A stretch of 64,000 nucleotides of DNA from assembly GCA_038315875.1 (NCBI GenBank), contig JBBQAG010000001.1, positions 523 through 64,522 on the forward strand, read 5' to 3'. Below are positions 37,244 to 46,270 of the stretch, piece by piece; positions within the stretch are counted from its first letter, which is position 1; each line of letters opens with the position of its first letter. The notes under the pieces were generated by a model. The model was not told the origin of the DNA. It saw only the letters and a program-made list of their open reading frames with translations, and did no database searches. A program made the position numbers and the translations under genes. This stretch comes from Sphingomonadales bacterium. GTDB taxonomy: Bacteria > Pseudomonadota > Alphaproteobacteria > Sphingomonadales > Sphingomonadaceae.

Positions 37244-38281
37244 TTAAGGATTGGGGGGCGTGGCCGGCGTTGGCACCGCAGCAGCAGGCTGGGCAGAGGC
37301 TGCATTGGCGCGCGCGGTTTCATCGCTATCGCTGCTGCGCGGAGAGGACGTCGCGGACGGAGAGACACGGTCGCTGCGATTTGGCTTGGTCGGCGCCTGG
37401 GAGCGCCTCGAGGGCCGATCCCTGCCGCTGCCCGCATCGCTTGCAGTCGGCGAACTGGCAGATGATGGGGTGTCAGACGATTGCGCCCCCGACGATAAGG
37501 CGGCCGTGGCACTAGCACCGCGCGCAAGCAGCGCCTCGGCGCTTATCCCGACATCCTTGATCGCGCGAGCACCATCGCCGAGCGGCGCAACAGCCGAACC
37601 GTTGACGGTGACTTCAAGCTTGTCGGGCCGGCCGACATTGATCATTGGATGATCGGCATCGGCAGGCACCTCATAACGCTCGCCCGTCTGCAGTTCCTTT
37701 TCGAACAGCGATTTGCCAGTTGCGTCATAAATCCGCAGCCAGACGACGTCGGTCGCGGTAATCGCCACCTGTCCTCCCCCGGTCGGCGCAGGCGCCGCTG
37801 GGACGGCCTCGGGCGGCGGCGCCATATAGGCTACCGCCTCCGCTGGCACCGGGTTTTCGCCCCCCCGGAACAGGCTGGTGCCATACCAAAGACCAACCGC
37901 GACAACCAAGATCACCGCGATAATCGCGACCATGGTCGCAAGACCCTTTGGCGGCAGCCGCTTCGGATCCTGCATCTCATAGGGCTGATATTCCGCGGGG
38001 CGATGCGTCGCATCCGCCTGTCCACGGACATCGCGCCCGATCGCCACCTCATCGATGCCCACCGCACGCGCATAGGCCTTGGCAAAACCGATCGAATAGG
38101 TCGACGAAGGCAACCCGGAATAATCCGATCGCTCGATCGCCTCGAGATGACGGGTTGGCACCCGCGTACGGGCAGCAACTTCTGCCAGCGAGAGGCCGCC
38201 AGCCTCCCGTGCATCGCGCAGTCTCTCTCCGGCAGTTTTCGGGAAAAGAGTGGCCTCTTCCGCGGGATCAGCTTCAGTCAT
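37244..38281 (-). CDS. RodZ-like protein (HTH, TM, DUF4115)
   Basis: GERLRDAREAGGLSLAEVAARTRV...LEAIE, YSIGFAKAYARAVG, one TM, VWLRIYD...GERYE. Confidence 0.85.
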   Translation of the reverse strand: MTEADPAEEATLFPKTAGERLRDAREAGGLSLAEVAARTRVPTRHLEAIERSDYSGLPSSTYSIGFAKAYARAVGIDEVAIGRDVRGQADATHRPAEYQPYEMQDPKRLPPKGLATMVAIIAVILVVAVGLWYGTSLFRGGENPVPAEAVAYMAPPPEAVPAAPAPTGGGQVAITATDVVWLRIYDATGKSLFEKELQTGERYEVPADADHPMINVGRPDKLEVTVNGSAVAPLGDGARAIKDVGISAEALLARGASATAALSSGAQSSDTPSSASSPTASDAGSGRDRPSRRSQAPTKPNRSDRVSPSATSSPRSSDSDETARANAASAQPAAAVPTPATPPNP

Positions 38282-38365
38282 TTTCCGCTCCGGCTTGGCG
38301 AGCACCGGCTTGCCCGCAAACCGACGCCAGTGTCAACGCAGGCGGGCCTCGTTTTGGGCACGTCT

Positions 38366-40639
38366 TTAGGCCAGTTCGACGTTATTTTCGACCGCCCAGG
38401 CGAGCAGGGTGGCGCGCATGTCGCGCGGCGGGGCAGCGATCAGCACGGCCATGTCATTCATCAGCCGTGCCCGATCGAGCGAGCGGATCATCGCCTTGAT
38501 CGGGCCAACGGCCACGGGCGTGATCGACAATCGCTCGATCCCCAGCCCGATCAGCGCCATCGCTTCAAGCGTGCGTCCGCCCATTTCGCCGCACACCGCC
38601 AGATCGACGCCGGCCGCGTGCGTCGGCGCGACAACCCGCGCAATGAAGCGGAGGATCGAGGGGCTCAGCCAGTCATAGCGTTCGGCAAGCTTGGGGTTGG
38701 CGCGATCGGCGGCAAACAGAAATTGCGTCAGATCGTTGGTGCCGATCGACAGGAAATCGAGTTTGGGCAGCAGGATATCGAGCATTTCGGCAAGCGCTGG
38801 CACTTCCAGCATCGCGCCATATCTGATCTGTATCGGCAACTTGCGATTGCGCGAGGCGAGCCAGGCACGCTGCGCCTCGAACAGGGCATGTGCCTCGTCG
38901 AATTCCCAGGGCTCCGATACCATCGGGAACATCACGTTGAGGGTGCGCCCGCCGGCCGCTTCGATGAGCGCGCGCGCCTGCGCCTTCATCAGCCCGTCGC
39001 GCTCAAGCGCAAGCCTTAGCGCGCGCCAGCCCATCGCCGGATTTTCCTCGTTTGCGGTATCGTCTCGCAAATAGGGGAGCGCCTTGTCGCCACCGATATC
39101 GACGGTGCGGAAGATCACCGGGCGATCGCCTGCCATGTCGAGAACATCGCGGTAAAGCCGCTGCTGGCGCTCGCGCTGTGGCAGCGTGGCCGACACGAGG
39201 AACTGAAATTCGGTGCGAAACAGCCCGATCCCGTCGGCCCCCGTCAGATCGAGCGCGGCAACATCATCGCGAAGCCCCGCATTGACCATCAGCGTCAGCC
39301 TTTTGCCATCCTTCGTCGTCGGCGGCATTTCCTTCATCGCGGCGAACGAGGCGCGACGTTTCTGGCTGAGCAGCAACTTGCCCTCGAACGCTTCCTCGAT
39401 CACCGGCGTCGGGCGGGCAAAAACGTTCCCAGCCGTTACATCGAGCAGCAGAAAATCACCCTCGCCAATCAGCCTGCGGACATCCTTCACGCGTCCCAGC
39501 ACCGGAACGCCCATTGCCCGCGCGACGATCGTGACATGCGCCGTCAGCGATCCTTCCTCGAGGACCACGCCCTTCAGCCGACGTCGATCATATTCGAGAA
39601 GCTCTGCAGGGCCGAGATTGCGGGCGATCAGAATCGAATCCTGGCGAAGACCAAGCTGCGCCGCCGTGCCCATCTGGCCCGACACGATCCGCAGCAGCCG
39701 GTTCGACAAATCCTCCAGATCGTGCATCCGCTCTGCAAGCAGCGGATCGTCGATCTGTCGCATCCGCATCCGCGTGCGTTGCTGGACACGTTCGATCGCT
39801 GCCTCCGCGGTCAGGCCACTGTCGATCGCTTCGTTGATCCGGCGGCTCCAGCCTTCGTCATAAGCGAACATCTTGTAAGTCTCGAGCACCTCGACATGTT
39901 CGCCGCCGACCCCGAATTCGGCCTGCGCCGCCATTCGCTCGATCTGTTCGCGCATCTTGTCGAACGCGCCATAAACACGGTGGCGCTCGGCTTCGACATC
40001 CTCGGCGACGGTATGCTCGACCGTCACGCGTGGCTGGTGGAACACCGCGGACCCCCGCGCCATGCCGTCGACGAGCTTCAGCCCGTCGATCCGGGTCGGC
40101 GCGGTCGACTGTGGGCGCGTGGTGATGGCGCCGGTGTCATCGATCAGATCGGCATTGGCGATCAGTTCCGAAAGCACCATCGCCACGGTCTGCAGCGCCT
40201 CTACCTCGACGTCGTCATAGCGGTGCGGCTCGACATGCTGGACACAAAGCACACCAACCGCGCGCTCGCGCCTGATGATCGGCACGCCGGCAAAGCTGTG
40301 AAACTTGTCCTCGCCGGTTTCCGGCCGATACGCAAAATCGGGGTGTGATGCAGCTTCGGCAAGGTTGAGCGTTTCGACATCCTCGGCGATCGTGCCGACC
40401 AGCCCCTCGCCCAGCGCCAGCTTGGTGACGTGGACCGCCGCCAGATCGAGCCCGCGTGTGGCGAACAGCTCCAGCACGCCCTCGCGCAACAGATAGATCG
40501 AGCACACCTCGCTGTTGGTCGCTTCGCCGATGATCTGGACGACGCTGTTGAGCTTGGCCTGCGCGGTCGTCCGCGCCGCCATCACATCGTGCAGGCCAAC
40601 AAGGATTTCACGAGCGGAAGCGGCGGCTGAAAGAGGCAT
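38366..40639 (-). CDS. ptsP: PTS enzyme I(Ntr) with N-terminal GAF domain
   Basis: GAF (EVCSIYL...LFATRGL), phospho-His motif GSLTAHVTIVAR, GIGLFRTEF, LSIGTNDLTQF, VCGEMGG. Confidence 0.96.
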   Translation of the reverse strand: MPLSAAASAREILVGLHDVMAARTTAQAKLNSVVQIIGEATNSEVCSIYLLREGVLELFATRGLDLAAVHVTKLALGEGLVGTIAEDVETLNLAEAASHPDFAYRPETGEDKFHSFAGVPIIRRERAVGVLCVQHVEPHRYDDVEVEALQTVAMVLSELIANADLIDDTGAITTRPQSTAPTRIDGLKLVDGMARGSAVFHQPRVTVEHTVAEDVEAERHRVYGAFDKMREQIERMAAQAEFGVGGEHVEVLETYKMFAYDEGWSRRINEAIDSGLTAEAAIERVQQRTRMRMRQIDDPLLAERMHDLEDLSNRLLRIVSGQMGTAAQLGLRQDSILIARNLGPAELLEYDRRRLKGVVLEEGSLTAHVTIVARAMGVPVLGRVKDVRRLIGEGDFLLLDVTAGNVFARPTPVIEEAFEGKLLLSQKRRASFAAMKEMPPTTKDGKRLTLMVNAGLRDDVAALDLTGADGIGLFRTEFQFLVSATLPQRERQQRLYRDVLDMAGDRPVIFRTVDIGGDKALPYLRDDTANEENPAMGWRALRLALERDGLMKAQARALIEAAGGRTLNVMFPMVSEPWEFDEAHALFEAQRAWLASRNRKLPIQIRYGAMLEVPALAEMLDILLPKLDFLSIGTNDLTQFLFAADRANPKLAERYDWLSPSILRFIARVVAPTHAAGVDLAVCGEMGGRTLEAMALIGLGIERLSITPVAVGPIKAMIRSLDRARLMNDMAVLIAAPPRDMRATLLAWAVENNVELA

Positions 40640-40701
40640 GAAACCGAGCTATCAGAAAGGCCTCTGCGAGAACAGCGCCGCGGCCTACCCAACGCAAATG
40701 C

Positions 40702-41430
40702 TTATCGCAGCGTCACGCCGCCATGATCGACGACGATGCGCCACAAAAATTCCACCCGCTGGTCATCGATCGCCCGGCCGTCGCGCTTGCCCGGCGCCAT
40801 TCGCAGCATCGGCACCGCCGCCAGCACTGCTCGGCGCAGGCCAGGATAGAAGGGAACCTCGCGCAGGACCCGGCACTGAACGCGCGTGTCGAGCGCAATC
40901 GTGCACTGCATCCGGTAATCGACCTCCAATGATTGCCGCATCAGGTCTTCATCGACGAGCGGAAAAAATTCATCGTCGGTCACCTTATGGACCCAATGCG
41001 GCGGGACGAAGCCTGCGCCGCCGCCGCCACCGCCATTATCGAGATCATAGACGGCATCGCCCTCCCCCGCCTTGATCGGCCCGGTCGCGGCTGGTGGCGG
41101 CGAGGCAAGCGGCGCCGCGACAGTGACGGGCACGGTAGGGAGCGGCACGGGCGCGATCGCGGGCTTTGGGCTTTGGGCGCGCGGCTTGGCGATGGCGGGA
41201 TCGCGACGCGGGGTTGGCTGTGTCGGTTCGGGTGACGGCAGCAATGTGACCGTGATCGGGGCGGCGTCCGCAACCGGCCGGGAGATGCGCTGCCGGAATG
41301 TCAGCAGCGCCAGCATCACCGCCAGATAAAGCCCGGCAACGATCACGATCGTCAACGCCCGGCGGCGATTGGTGATCGGCACATAAGCCGCCCGTTGAAG
41401 CCCGGTCATGTCCATTGCCCGTGCTATCAC
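40702..41430 (-). CDS. TonB-like protein (TM, Pro-rich linker, TonB-C-like domain)
   Basis: One TM, P/A-rich spacer, C-terminal QCTIALDTRVQCRVLREVP...PGKRDGRAID; start uncertain. Confidence 0.55.
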   Translation of the reverse strand: MIARAMDMTGLQRAAYVPITNRRRALTIVIVAGLYLAVMLALLTFRQRISRPVADAAPITVTLLPSPEPTQPTPRRDPAIAKPRAQSPKPAIAPVPLPTVPVTVAAPLASPPPAATGPIKAGEGDAVYDLDNGGGGGGAGFVPPHWVHKVTDDEFFPLVDEDLMRQSLEVDYRMQCTIALDTRVQCRVLREVPFYPGLRRAVLAAVPMLRMAPGKRDGRAIDDQRVEFLWRIVVDHGGVTLR

Positions 41431-41486
41431 GGAGCGTCGGCTAATTCACCGCCCCCGTCACCTGAAAGGGTCGTGTGTTGCGGTGT

Positions 41487-42215
41487 TCAGGGTACTTTGA
41501 AGACAGTTGGATCGATCCCGATCCGTGGCGCTTTACCAGTTGGCGTCGCCGCCATCACCGCGATCGATTGGCCGGCGCGCGCATAAGGCACCGTCACTGG
41601 ATGATCACGCGCCTCGCGGTAAACATCATAAGCGCGGTAAAAATCGACAAAGGGTGCATCGAGCAACGGCACCGAACGCGCGGCAAAATCGGCAAGTCCA
41701 CTAGCAGGCACGTTCGCGATTCCGCTGACGACCTGCGCTGCGGCAGCGCAGAAGCCCGCATGCGCCGGAGGCTGCGCGAAATAATTATACAACTTGGTCA
41801 TCGCACCGTCATAGGCTTCGCGCTCGCCCGCTGCGCCGCCGCCGCGATATTCGGCAATCAGGGTGCGCTCGGCGGCGGCAAGCGATGCTGCCCGGCTGCG
41901 GATCCATTGGTTATAACCCGAAACCAGCACCTGCTCGAACGGCCCGCGACACCCGAGTGCCGCAACGTTCAACGCCGCTCGCAAATGCCAGATCGACGCC
42001 GCCGCAGACAGGCTTTCATTCGGCGTTGGATAGCTGCCATCGACGCGGCGCAGTGGAATGGAGAGATTGGCGGCGGCCCCGCCGGGGGCCGTCAGGCCTG
42101 GGGCATAGACGGGGGAAGCTACGGTCGCCACAGCTGGCGGCTGCCGCGTGGCGCATCCCGCCAGCATGACGCCTAGCGCGGCCACAGTCATTCCTACCAA
42201 GCGACGATCGATCAT
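41487..42215 (-). CDS. Hypothetical lipoprotein
   Basis: Lipobox LAGC; IWHLRAALNVAALGC, MTKLYNYFAQPPA...FC. Confidence 0.75.
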   Translation of the reverse strand: MIDRRLVGMTVAALGVMLAGCATRQPPAVATVASPVYAPGLTAPGGAAANLSIPLRRVDGSYPTPNESLSAAASIWHLRAALNVAALGCRGPFEQVLVSGYNQWIRSRAASLAAAERTLIAEYRGGGAAGEREAYDGAMTKLYNYFAQPPAHAGFCAAAAQVVSGIANVPASGLADFAARSVPLLDAPFVDFYRAYDVYREARDHPVTVPYARAGQSIAVMAATPTGKAPRIGIDPTVFKVP

Positions 42216-42266
42216 GCCCCAATCCTCTTGCTGCCAACCAGCGGGCCGACCTTCGCTTCAGAGGTA

Positions 42267-42281
42267 TTAAGGCTTCGTTAG
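42267..42281. promoter_or_regulatory. CtrA-box-like element TTAA-N7-TTAG
   Basis: One mismatch to TTAA-N7-TTAA; 52-66 nt upstream of the lipoprotein start. Confidence 0.4.
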
Positions 42282-42314
42282 CCACGAGCCCGGCCGGGTG
42301 GCCGTCGGGACGAT

Positions 42315-43346
42315 TCAGGCAGCGCGCTTCTCAAGCGCGGCGATTGCCTCCACCATCAGCTGGGCGATGATCTCGGCAACGGGTTCCTCGCGGGTCACCA
42401 TGCCAACGGACTGGCCAGCCATCAGGCTGCCATGCTCGATATCGCCGTCGATCACCGCACGTCGCAAGGCGCCCGCCCAATAATGCTCGATCTGGAGCTG
42501 CGCCTCGGCCATTTCGACTGAACCAGCATCGAGCAAAGCGGCCACTTCACGCTGTTTGGCGGTGAAGAGCTCGCCACCCGCATTCTTCAACGCGCGTACC
42601 GGGATGACGGGCAGGCGCGGATCGATCTGGATGCTCGCCACCGCATCGCGCGCCGAAGCGCGAAAAAAAGCCTTTTTAAACGCCGGGTGCGCAATGCTTT
42701 CAGTCGCGCAGGCAAATCGAGTGCCGAGTTGTACACCGGCGGCACCCATATCGAGATAAGCGGCGATCGCCTCCCCCCGGCCGATTCCTCCAGCGACGAA
42801 CACTGGCACCTGGGCGGCCACCTCGGGCAGAATTTCCTGGGCGAGGACGCTGGTCGAGACGGGGCCAATATGCCCGCCGGCCTCCATTCCTTCGACCACC
42901 AGCGCATCGACCCCCGATCGGATCAGCTTCTTGGCCAGGCTAAGCGCGGGTGCAAAGCAGATGACCTTCGCACCACCCGCCTTGATCGCATCGAGCGCGC
43001 CGGAAGGCGGCAGGCCGCCAGCGAGGACGACATGGGTGACGTGATGCTTCGCGCACACCGCGATCAGATCGGTGAGCTGGGGGTGCATCGTGATCAGGTT
43101 CACGCCGAACGGCTTCGAGGTAAGCAATTTTGTCGCGGCAATCTCGGTATCGAGCAGCGCTGGCGACATCGCCCCGCAAGCGATCAGCCCGAAGCCGCCG
43201 GCATTCGAAATGGCGGAGACAAGGTGCCGTTCCGAAACCCACGACATCGCCCCGCAGATGATGGCGGTCTCGCTGCCGAGAAACTGCGTGCCACGGGCCA
43301 TGCGGTTGGCGAGGCGGCGCGCGCCGTCGGTGTTGGTCTGGATCAT
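42315..43346 (-). CDS. FMN-dependent oxidoreductase, nitronate monooxygenase/FabK-like
   Basis: GAMSWVS, KPFGVN, EGMEAGGHIG, AGGIG, GVQLGTRF, GSLMAGQSVGMV. Confidence 0.88.
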   Translation of the reverse strand: MIQTNTDGARRLANRMARGTQFLGSETAIICGAMSWVSERHLVSAISNAGGFGLIACGAMSPALLDTEIAATKLLTSKPFGVNLITMHPQLTDLIAVCAKHHVTHVVLAGGLPPSGALDAIKAGGAKVICFAPALSLAKKLIRSGVDALVVEGMEAGGHIGPVSTSVLAQEILPEVAAQVPVFVAGGIGRGEAIAAYLDMGAAGVQLGTRFACATESIAHPAFKKAFFRASARDAVASIQIDPRLPVIPVRALKNAGGELFTAKQREVAALLDAGSVEMAEAQLQIEHYWAGALRRAVIDGDIEHGSLMAGQSVGMVTREEPVAEIIAQLMVEAIAALEKRAA

Positions 43347-43393
43347 TACAGGGCCACTAGCCTTGGCTCCGGGCTTGAGGCAAGTAGCCGTGC

Positions 43394-44188
43394 ATGATGC
43401 GGCGATCGCCTGCCCGCACCGACCGATCGGTACGGTCCGCTACGCTGGTGACGGCGCTTGCCGCCGGCCGTGGGCATCGGTTGCGAACGCTGTGGCAACG
43501 CTGGCGCAACTTTTTCGAGGAAATCTCGATTGTCGTGTTCGGCGTGTTGATCGCGCTGGGCGCCGATAGCGTCGTTTCCTCGCTGCGGGACCGTAGCGGG
43601 TCGATCGAAGCGCGCGCCACGATTCGCGACGAGCTCGCTGAAAATCTCGGACGGATGCAGCAGCGCGACTTGACGCGCGACTGCGTTGACCGCCGCCTGG
43701 ACGAGCTGGGCGGCTATCTAGACCGGGCCGCCGAGCGCGGACGGCTCCCGGTACTCCACTGGATAGGCCGGCCGCAGGTTTGGCCAATGCTCGAAAGCCG
43801 CTGGTCGGCAACCGCCAGCGCCGGCAAAGCGAGCCTGTTGTCATCGAAGGAACAAGGCGGCTACGGCGCCATTTACGCCAATATCCGCGATTTCCAGAGC
43901 AACCAGACGACCGAGCAGCTTGCATGGGCGCAGCTGCGCCAGATCGCCGATCATCCCCGCATTACCCCGCAACAGGATGCGGTGCTGCGCAGCGCCCTGC
44001 AAAACGCGCGCTATGCCGCCTGGCTCAGCCACATCATCGTATGGCAGGTGACACAGGACGCAGCCCGACTCGGCATCTCTCCCATTACCGAGATGATCGG
44101 CTCGCGGTCTATCTGCATACCGACCGACACGCCCTTCGATGATGCGGTCAGCCAGGCCGGCGCCAGCCGGTTCGGGGAACCGCGCTAG
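43394..44188 (+). CDS. Hypothetical membrane-anchored protein
   Basis: One TM (EISIVVFGVLIALG) followed by a helical domain; opposite strand to its neighbours. Confidence 0.65.
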   Translation: MMRRSPARTDRSVRSATLVTALAAGRGHRLRTLWQRWRNFFEEISIVVFGVLIALGADSVVSSLRDRSGSIEARATIRDELAENLGRMQQRDLTRDCVDRRLDELGGYLDRAAERGRLPVLHWIGRPQVWPMLESRWSATASAGKASLLSSKEQGGYGAIYANIRDFQSNQTTEQLAWAQLRQIADHPRITPQQDAVLRSALQNARYAAWLSHIIVWQVTQDAARLGISPITEMIGSRSICIPTDTPFDDAVSQAGASRFGEPR

Positions 44189-44208
44189 CCGTCCACCTGC
44201 CACGCCGC

Positions 44209-45459
44209 TCAGGCGACCGCATCCTCCGCATCCAGCCCATAGGCCGTGTGGAGCACGCGGACGGCGAGTTCGGTGTAATCCTCCTCGATCAGCACGCTTA
44301 CCTTGATCTCACTCGTCGTAATCGCCTGGATGTTGATACCGCGGGCGCCAAGCGTCTGGAACATCGTTGCAGCGATGCCTGCATGGCTGCGCATGCCGAC
44401 GCCGACGACCGAGATTTTCGACACGCGGCTATCATGAACGATGCTGCCAAAGCCGATCGCGTCGCGGCCATTGTTCAGCACATCCAGGCTCCGCGGCAGA
44501 TCGGCTGAGGGCACGGTGAAGGTGACGTCTGTCGAGCCCGTCGAATGCGCGACATTCTGCACGATCATATCGACATTAATCCCGGCATCGGCCAGCGGCC
44601 CAAAGATCGCGCCGACCGCGCCGGGGCGATCGGGAACGGCGGTCAGCGTGATCTTCGCCTCGTTCTTGTCATGCGCGATGCCCGTGATCAGCTGGCGTTC
44701 CATATCCCCAAGTTCCTCTTCGCTGACGATCAACGTGCCCTGTTCCTCGCCATCTGTATCCAGGAAGGAGGAAAGCACGCGGATACGGACATTTTCCTTC
44801 ATGGCGAGGCCGACCGAGCGCGTCTGCAGCACTTTTGCGCCGACGCTCGCCAGCTCGAGCATTTCTTCATAGGTGACCCGCGCCAGCTTGCGCGCGCGCG
44901 GCACGATCCGCGGATCGGTGGTATAGACGCCGTCGACATCGGTATAGATGTCACAGCGATCGGCCTTCATCGCCGCCGCGACCGCGACCGCCGACGTATC
45001 GGAGCCGCCGCGCCCCAAGGTCGTTACCCGTCCGCCATCGGCGACGCCCTGGAAACCGGGGATGACGGCGACCTCGCCTTTGCCAAGCGAAGCATCGAGC
45101 GCGACCATGTCGATATCCTCTATCCGCGCAGAGGCATGCGCCGAACTCGTCTGGATCGGCAATTGCCAGCCAAGCCAGCTGCGGGCGGGCACCCCCGCTG
45201 CCTGCAGCGCGATTGCCAGCAACCCGCTCGTCACCTGCTCGCCCGCCGAGACAACGACATCATATTCACGCGCATCGTAAAGCGACGAGGCTTCACGACA
45301 GAAATTGACGAGGCGATCGGTTTCGCCCGCCATTGCCGAAACGACGACCGCGACCTGATGCCCGGCATCGACCTCGCGCTTCACCCGCGCGGCCACGCTG
45401 CGGATCCGCTCGATTCCGGCCATCGATGTGCCGCCGAACTTCATCACGATACGCGCCAT
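44209..45459 (-). CDS. lysC: Aspartate kinase
   Basis: MARIVMKFGGTS, VVVSAMAGETD, TLGRGGSDTSA, YTDVDGVYTTDP, two ACT domains. Confidence 0.97.
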   Translation of the reverse strand: MARIVMKFGGTSMAGIERIRSVAARVKREVDAGHQVAVVVSAMAGETDRLVNFCREASSLYDAREYDVVVSAGEQVTSGLLAIALQAAGVPARSWLGWQLPIQTSSAHASARIEDIDMVALDASLGKGEVAVIPGFQGVADGGRVTTLGRGGSDTSAVAVAAAMKADRCDIYTDVDGVYTTDPRIVPRARKLARVTYEEMLELASVGAKVLQTRSVGLAMKENVRIRVLSSFLDTDGEEQGTLIVSEEELGDMERQLITGIAHDKNEAKITLTAVPDRPGAVGAIFGPLADAGINVDMIVQNVAHSTGSTDVTFTVPSADLPRSLDVLNNGRDAIGFGSIVHDSRVSKISVVGVGMRSHAGIAATMFQTLGARGINIQAITTSEIKVSVLIEEDYTELAVRVLHTAYGLDAEDAVA

Positions 45460-45511
45460 TGGGGAAACGTAATTCCTTGGGTTGGAAAGGGGCGGCTGAT
45501 AAGTGGGGGGC

Positions 45512-46270
45512 ATGAAGATGGCAAGCGACTCCGCAACGACCCCGGTGACGACCCCCACCACGATCAACCCGAAGGAGGCAGCGCATTTCGGCAAGCTCGC
45601 CGCTGAATGGTGGGATCCCAAGGGATCATCGGCGATGCTCCACCGGCTCAATCCAGCGCGGCTTGGCTATATCCGCGGCACCGTCGATGCGCACTGGCAG
45701 CTCGATCCGGCCAGCTTCACCCCGCTCGCCGGCAAGACCGCGCTCGATGTCGGGTGCGGCGCCGGGCTGTTGTGTGAGCCGCTCGCGCGATTGGGCGCGG
45801 CGGTGACGGGGCTCGATGCAGCGCCCGAAAATATCGAAGCCGCCAAGGCGCACGCCGTGATTTCAGGCCTGTCGATCGATTACCGCGCGGGCAGCGTCGA
45901 GGCCCTGCGCGGCGAGCATTTCGATCTCGTGACCTCGCTCGAGGTGATCGAGCACGTCACCGATCCGACTGCCTTCGTCGCTGGCCTCGCAGCGGCGCTC
46001 GCCGAGAACGGACTGCTGATCCTGTCGACCCCCAACCGCACGATGCTGTCGCGGGTCGCGCTGATCTCGGTCGCCGAGGGGCTGGGCCAAATTCCGCGCG
46101 GAACGCACGACTGGGACAAGTTCCTGATGCCCGGCGAGCTGACTGAAATCGTCGAGGGGGCGGGGCTACGCGTCGTCGATACCCGGGGACTTGGCTTTTC
46201 CCCAGCACGCGGCTTCGCCACCGGCGACGACGTCAAGCTCAACTATCTGATGACGGCGGTGCGCGCCTAG
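45512..46270 (+). CDS. ubiG: Ubiquinone biosynthesis O-methyltransferase
   Basis: WWDPKG...LHRLNPARL, LDVGCGAG, LEVIEHV, STPNRT, GTHDWDKF. Confidence 0.95.
   Translation: MKMASDSATTPVTTPTTINPKEAAHFGKLAAEWWDPKGSSAMLHRLNPARLGYIRGTVDAHWQLDPASFTPLAGKTALDVGCGAGLLCEPLARLGAAVTGLDAAPENIEAAKAHAVISGLSIDYRAGSVEALRGEHFDLVTSLEVIEHVTDPTAFVAGLAAALAENGLLILSTPNRTMLSRVALISVAEGLGQIPRGTHDWDKFLMPGELTEIVEGAGLRVVDTRGLGFSPARGFATGDDVKLNYLMTAVRA

Noticed and set aside
37244-37520. Ser/Ala/Pro-rich tail of the RodZ-like protein
   Set aside because: Low-complexity linker with no discrete repeat unit.
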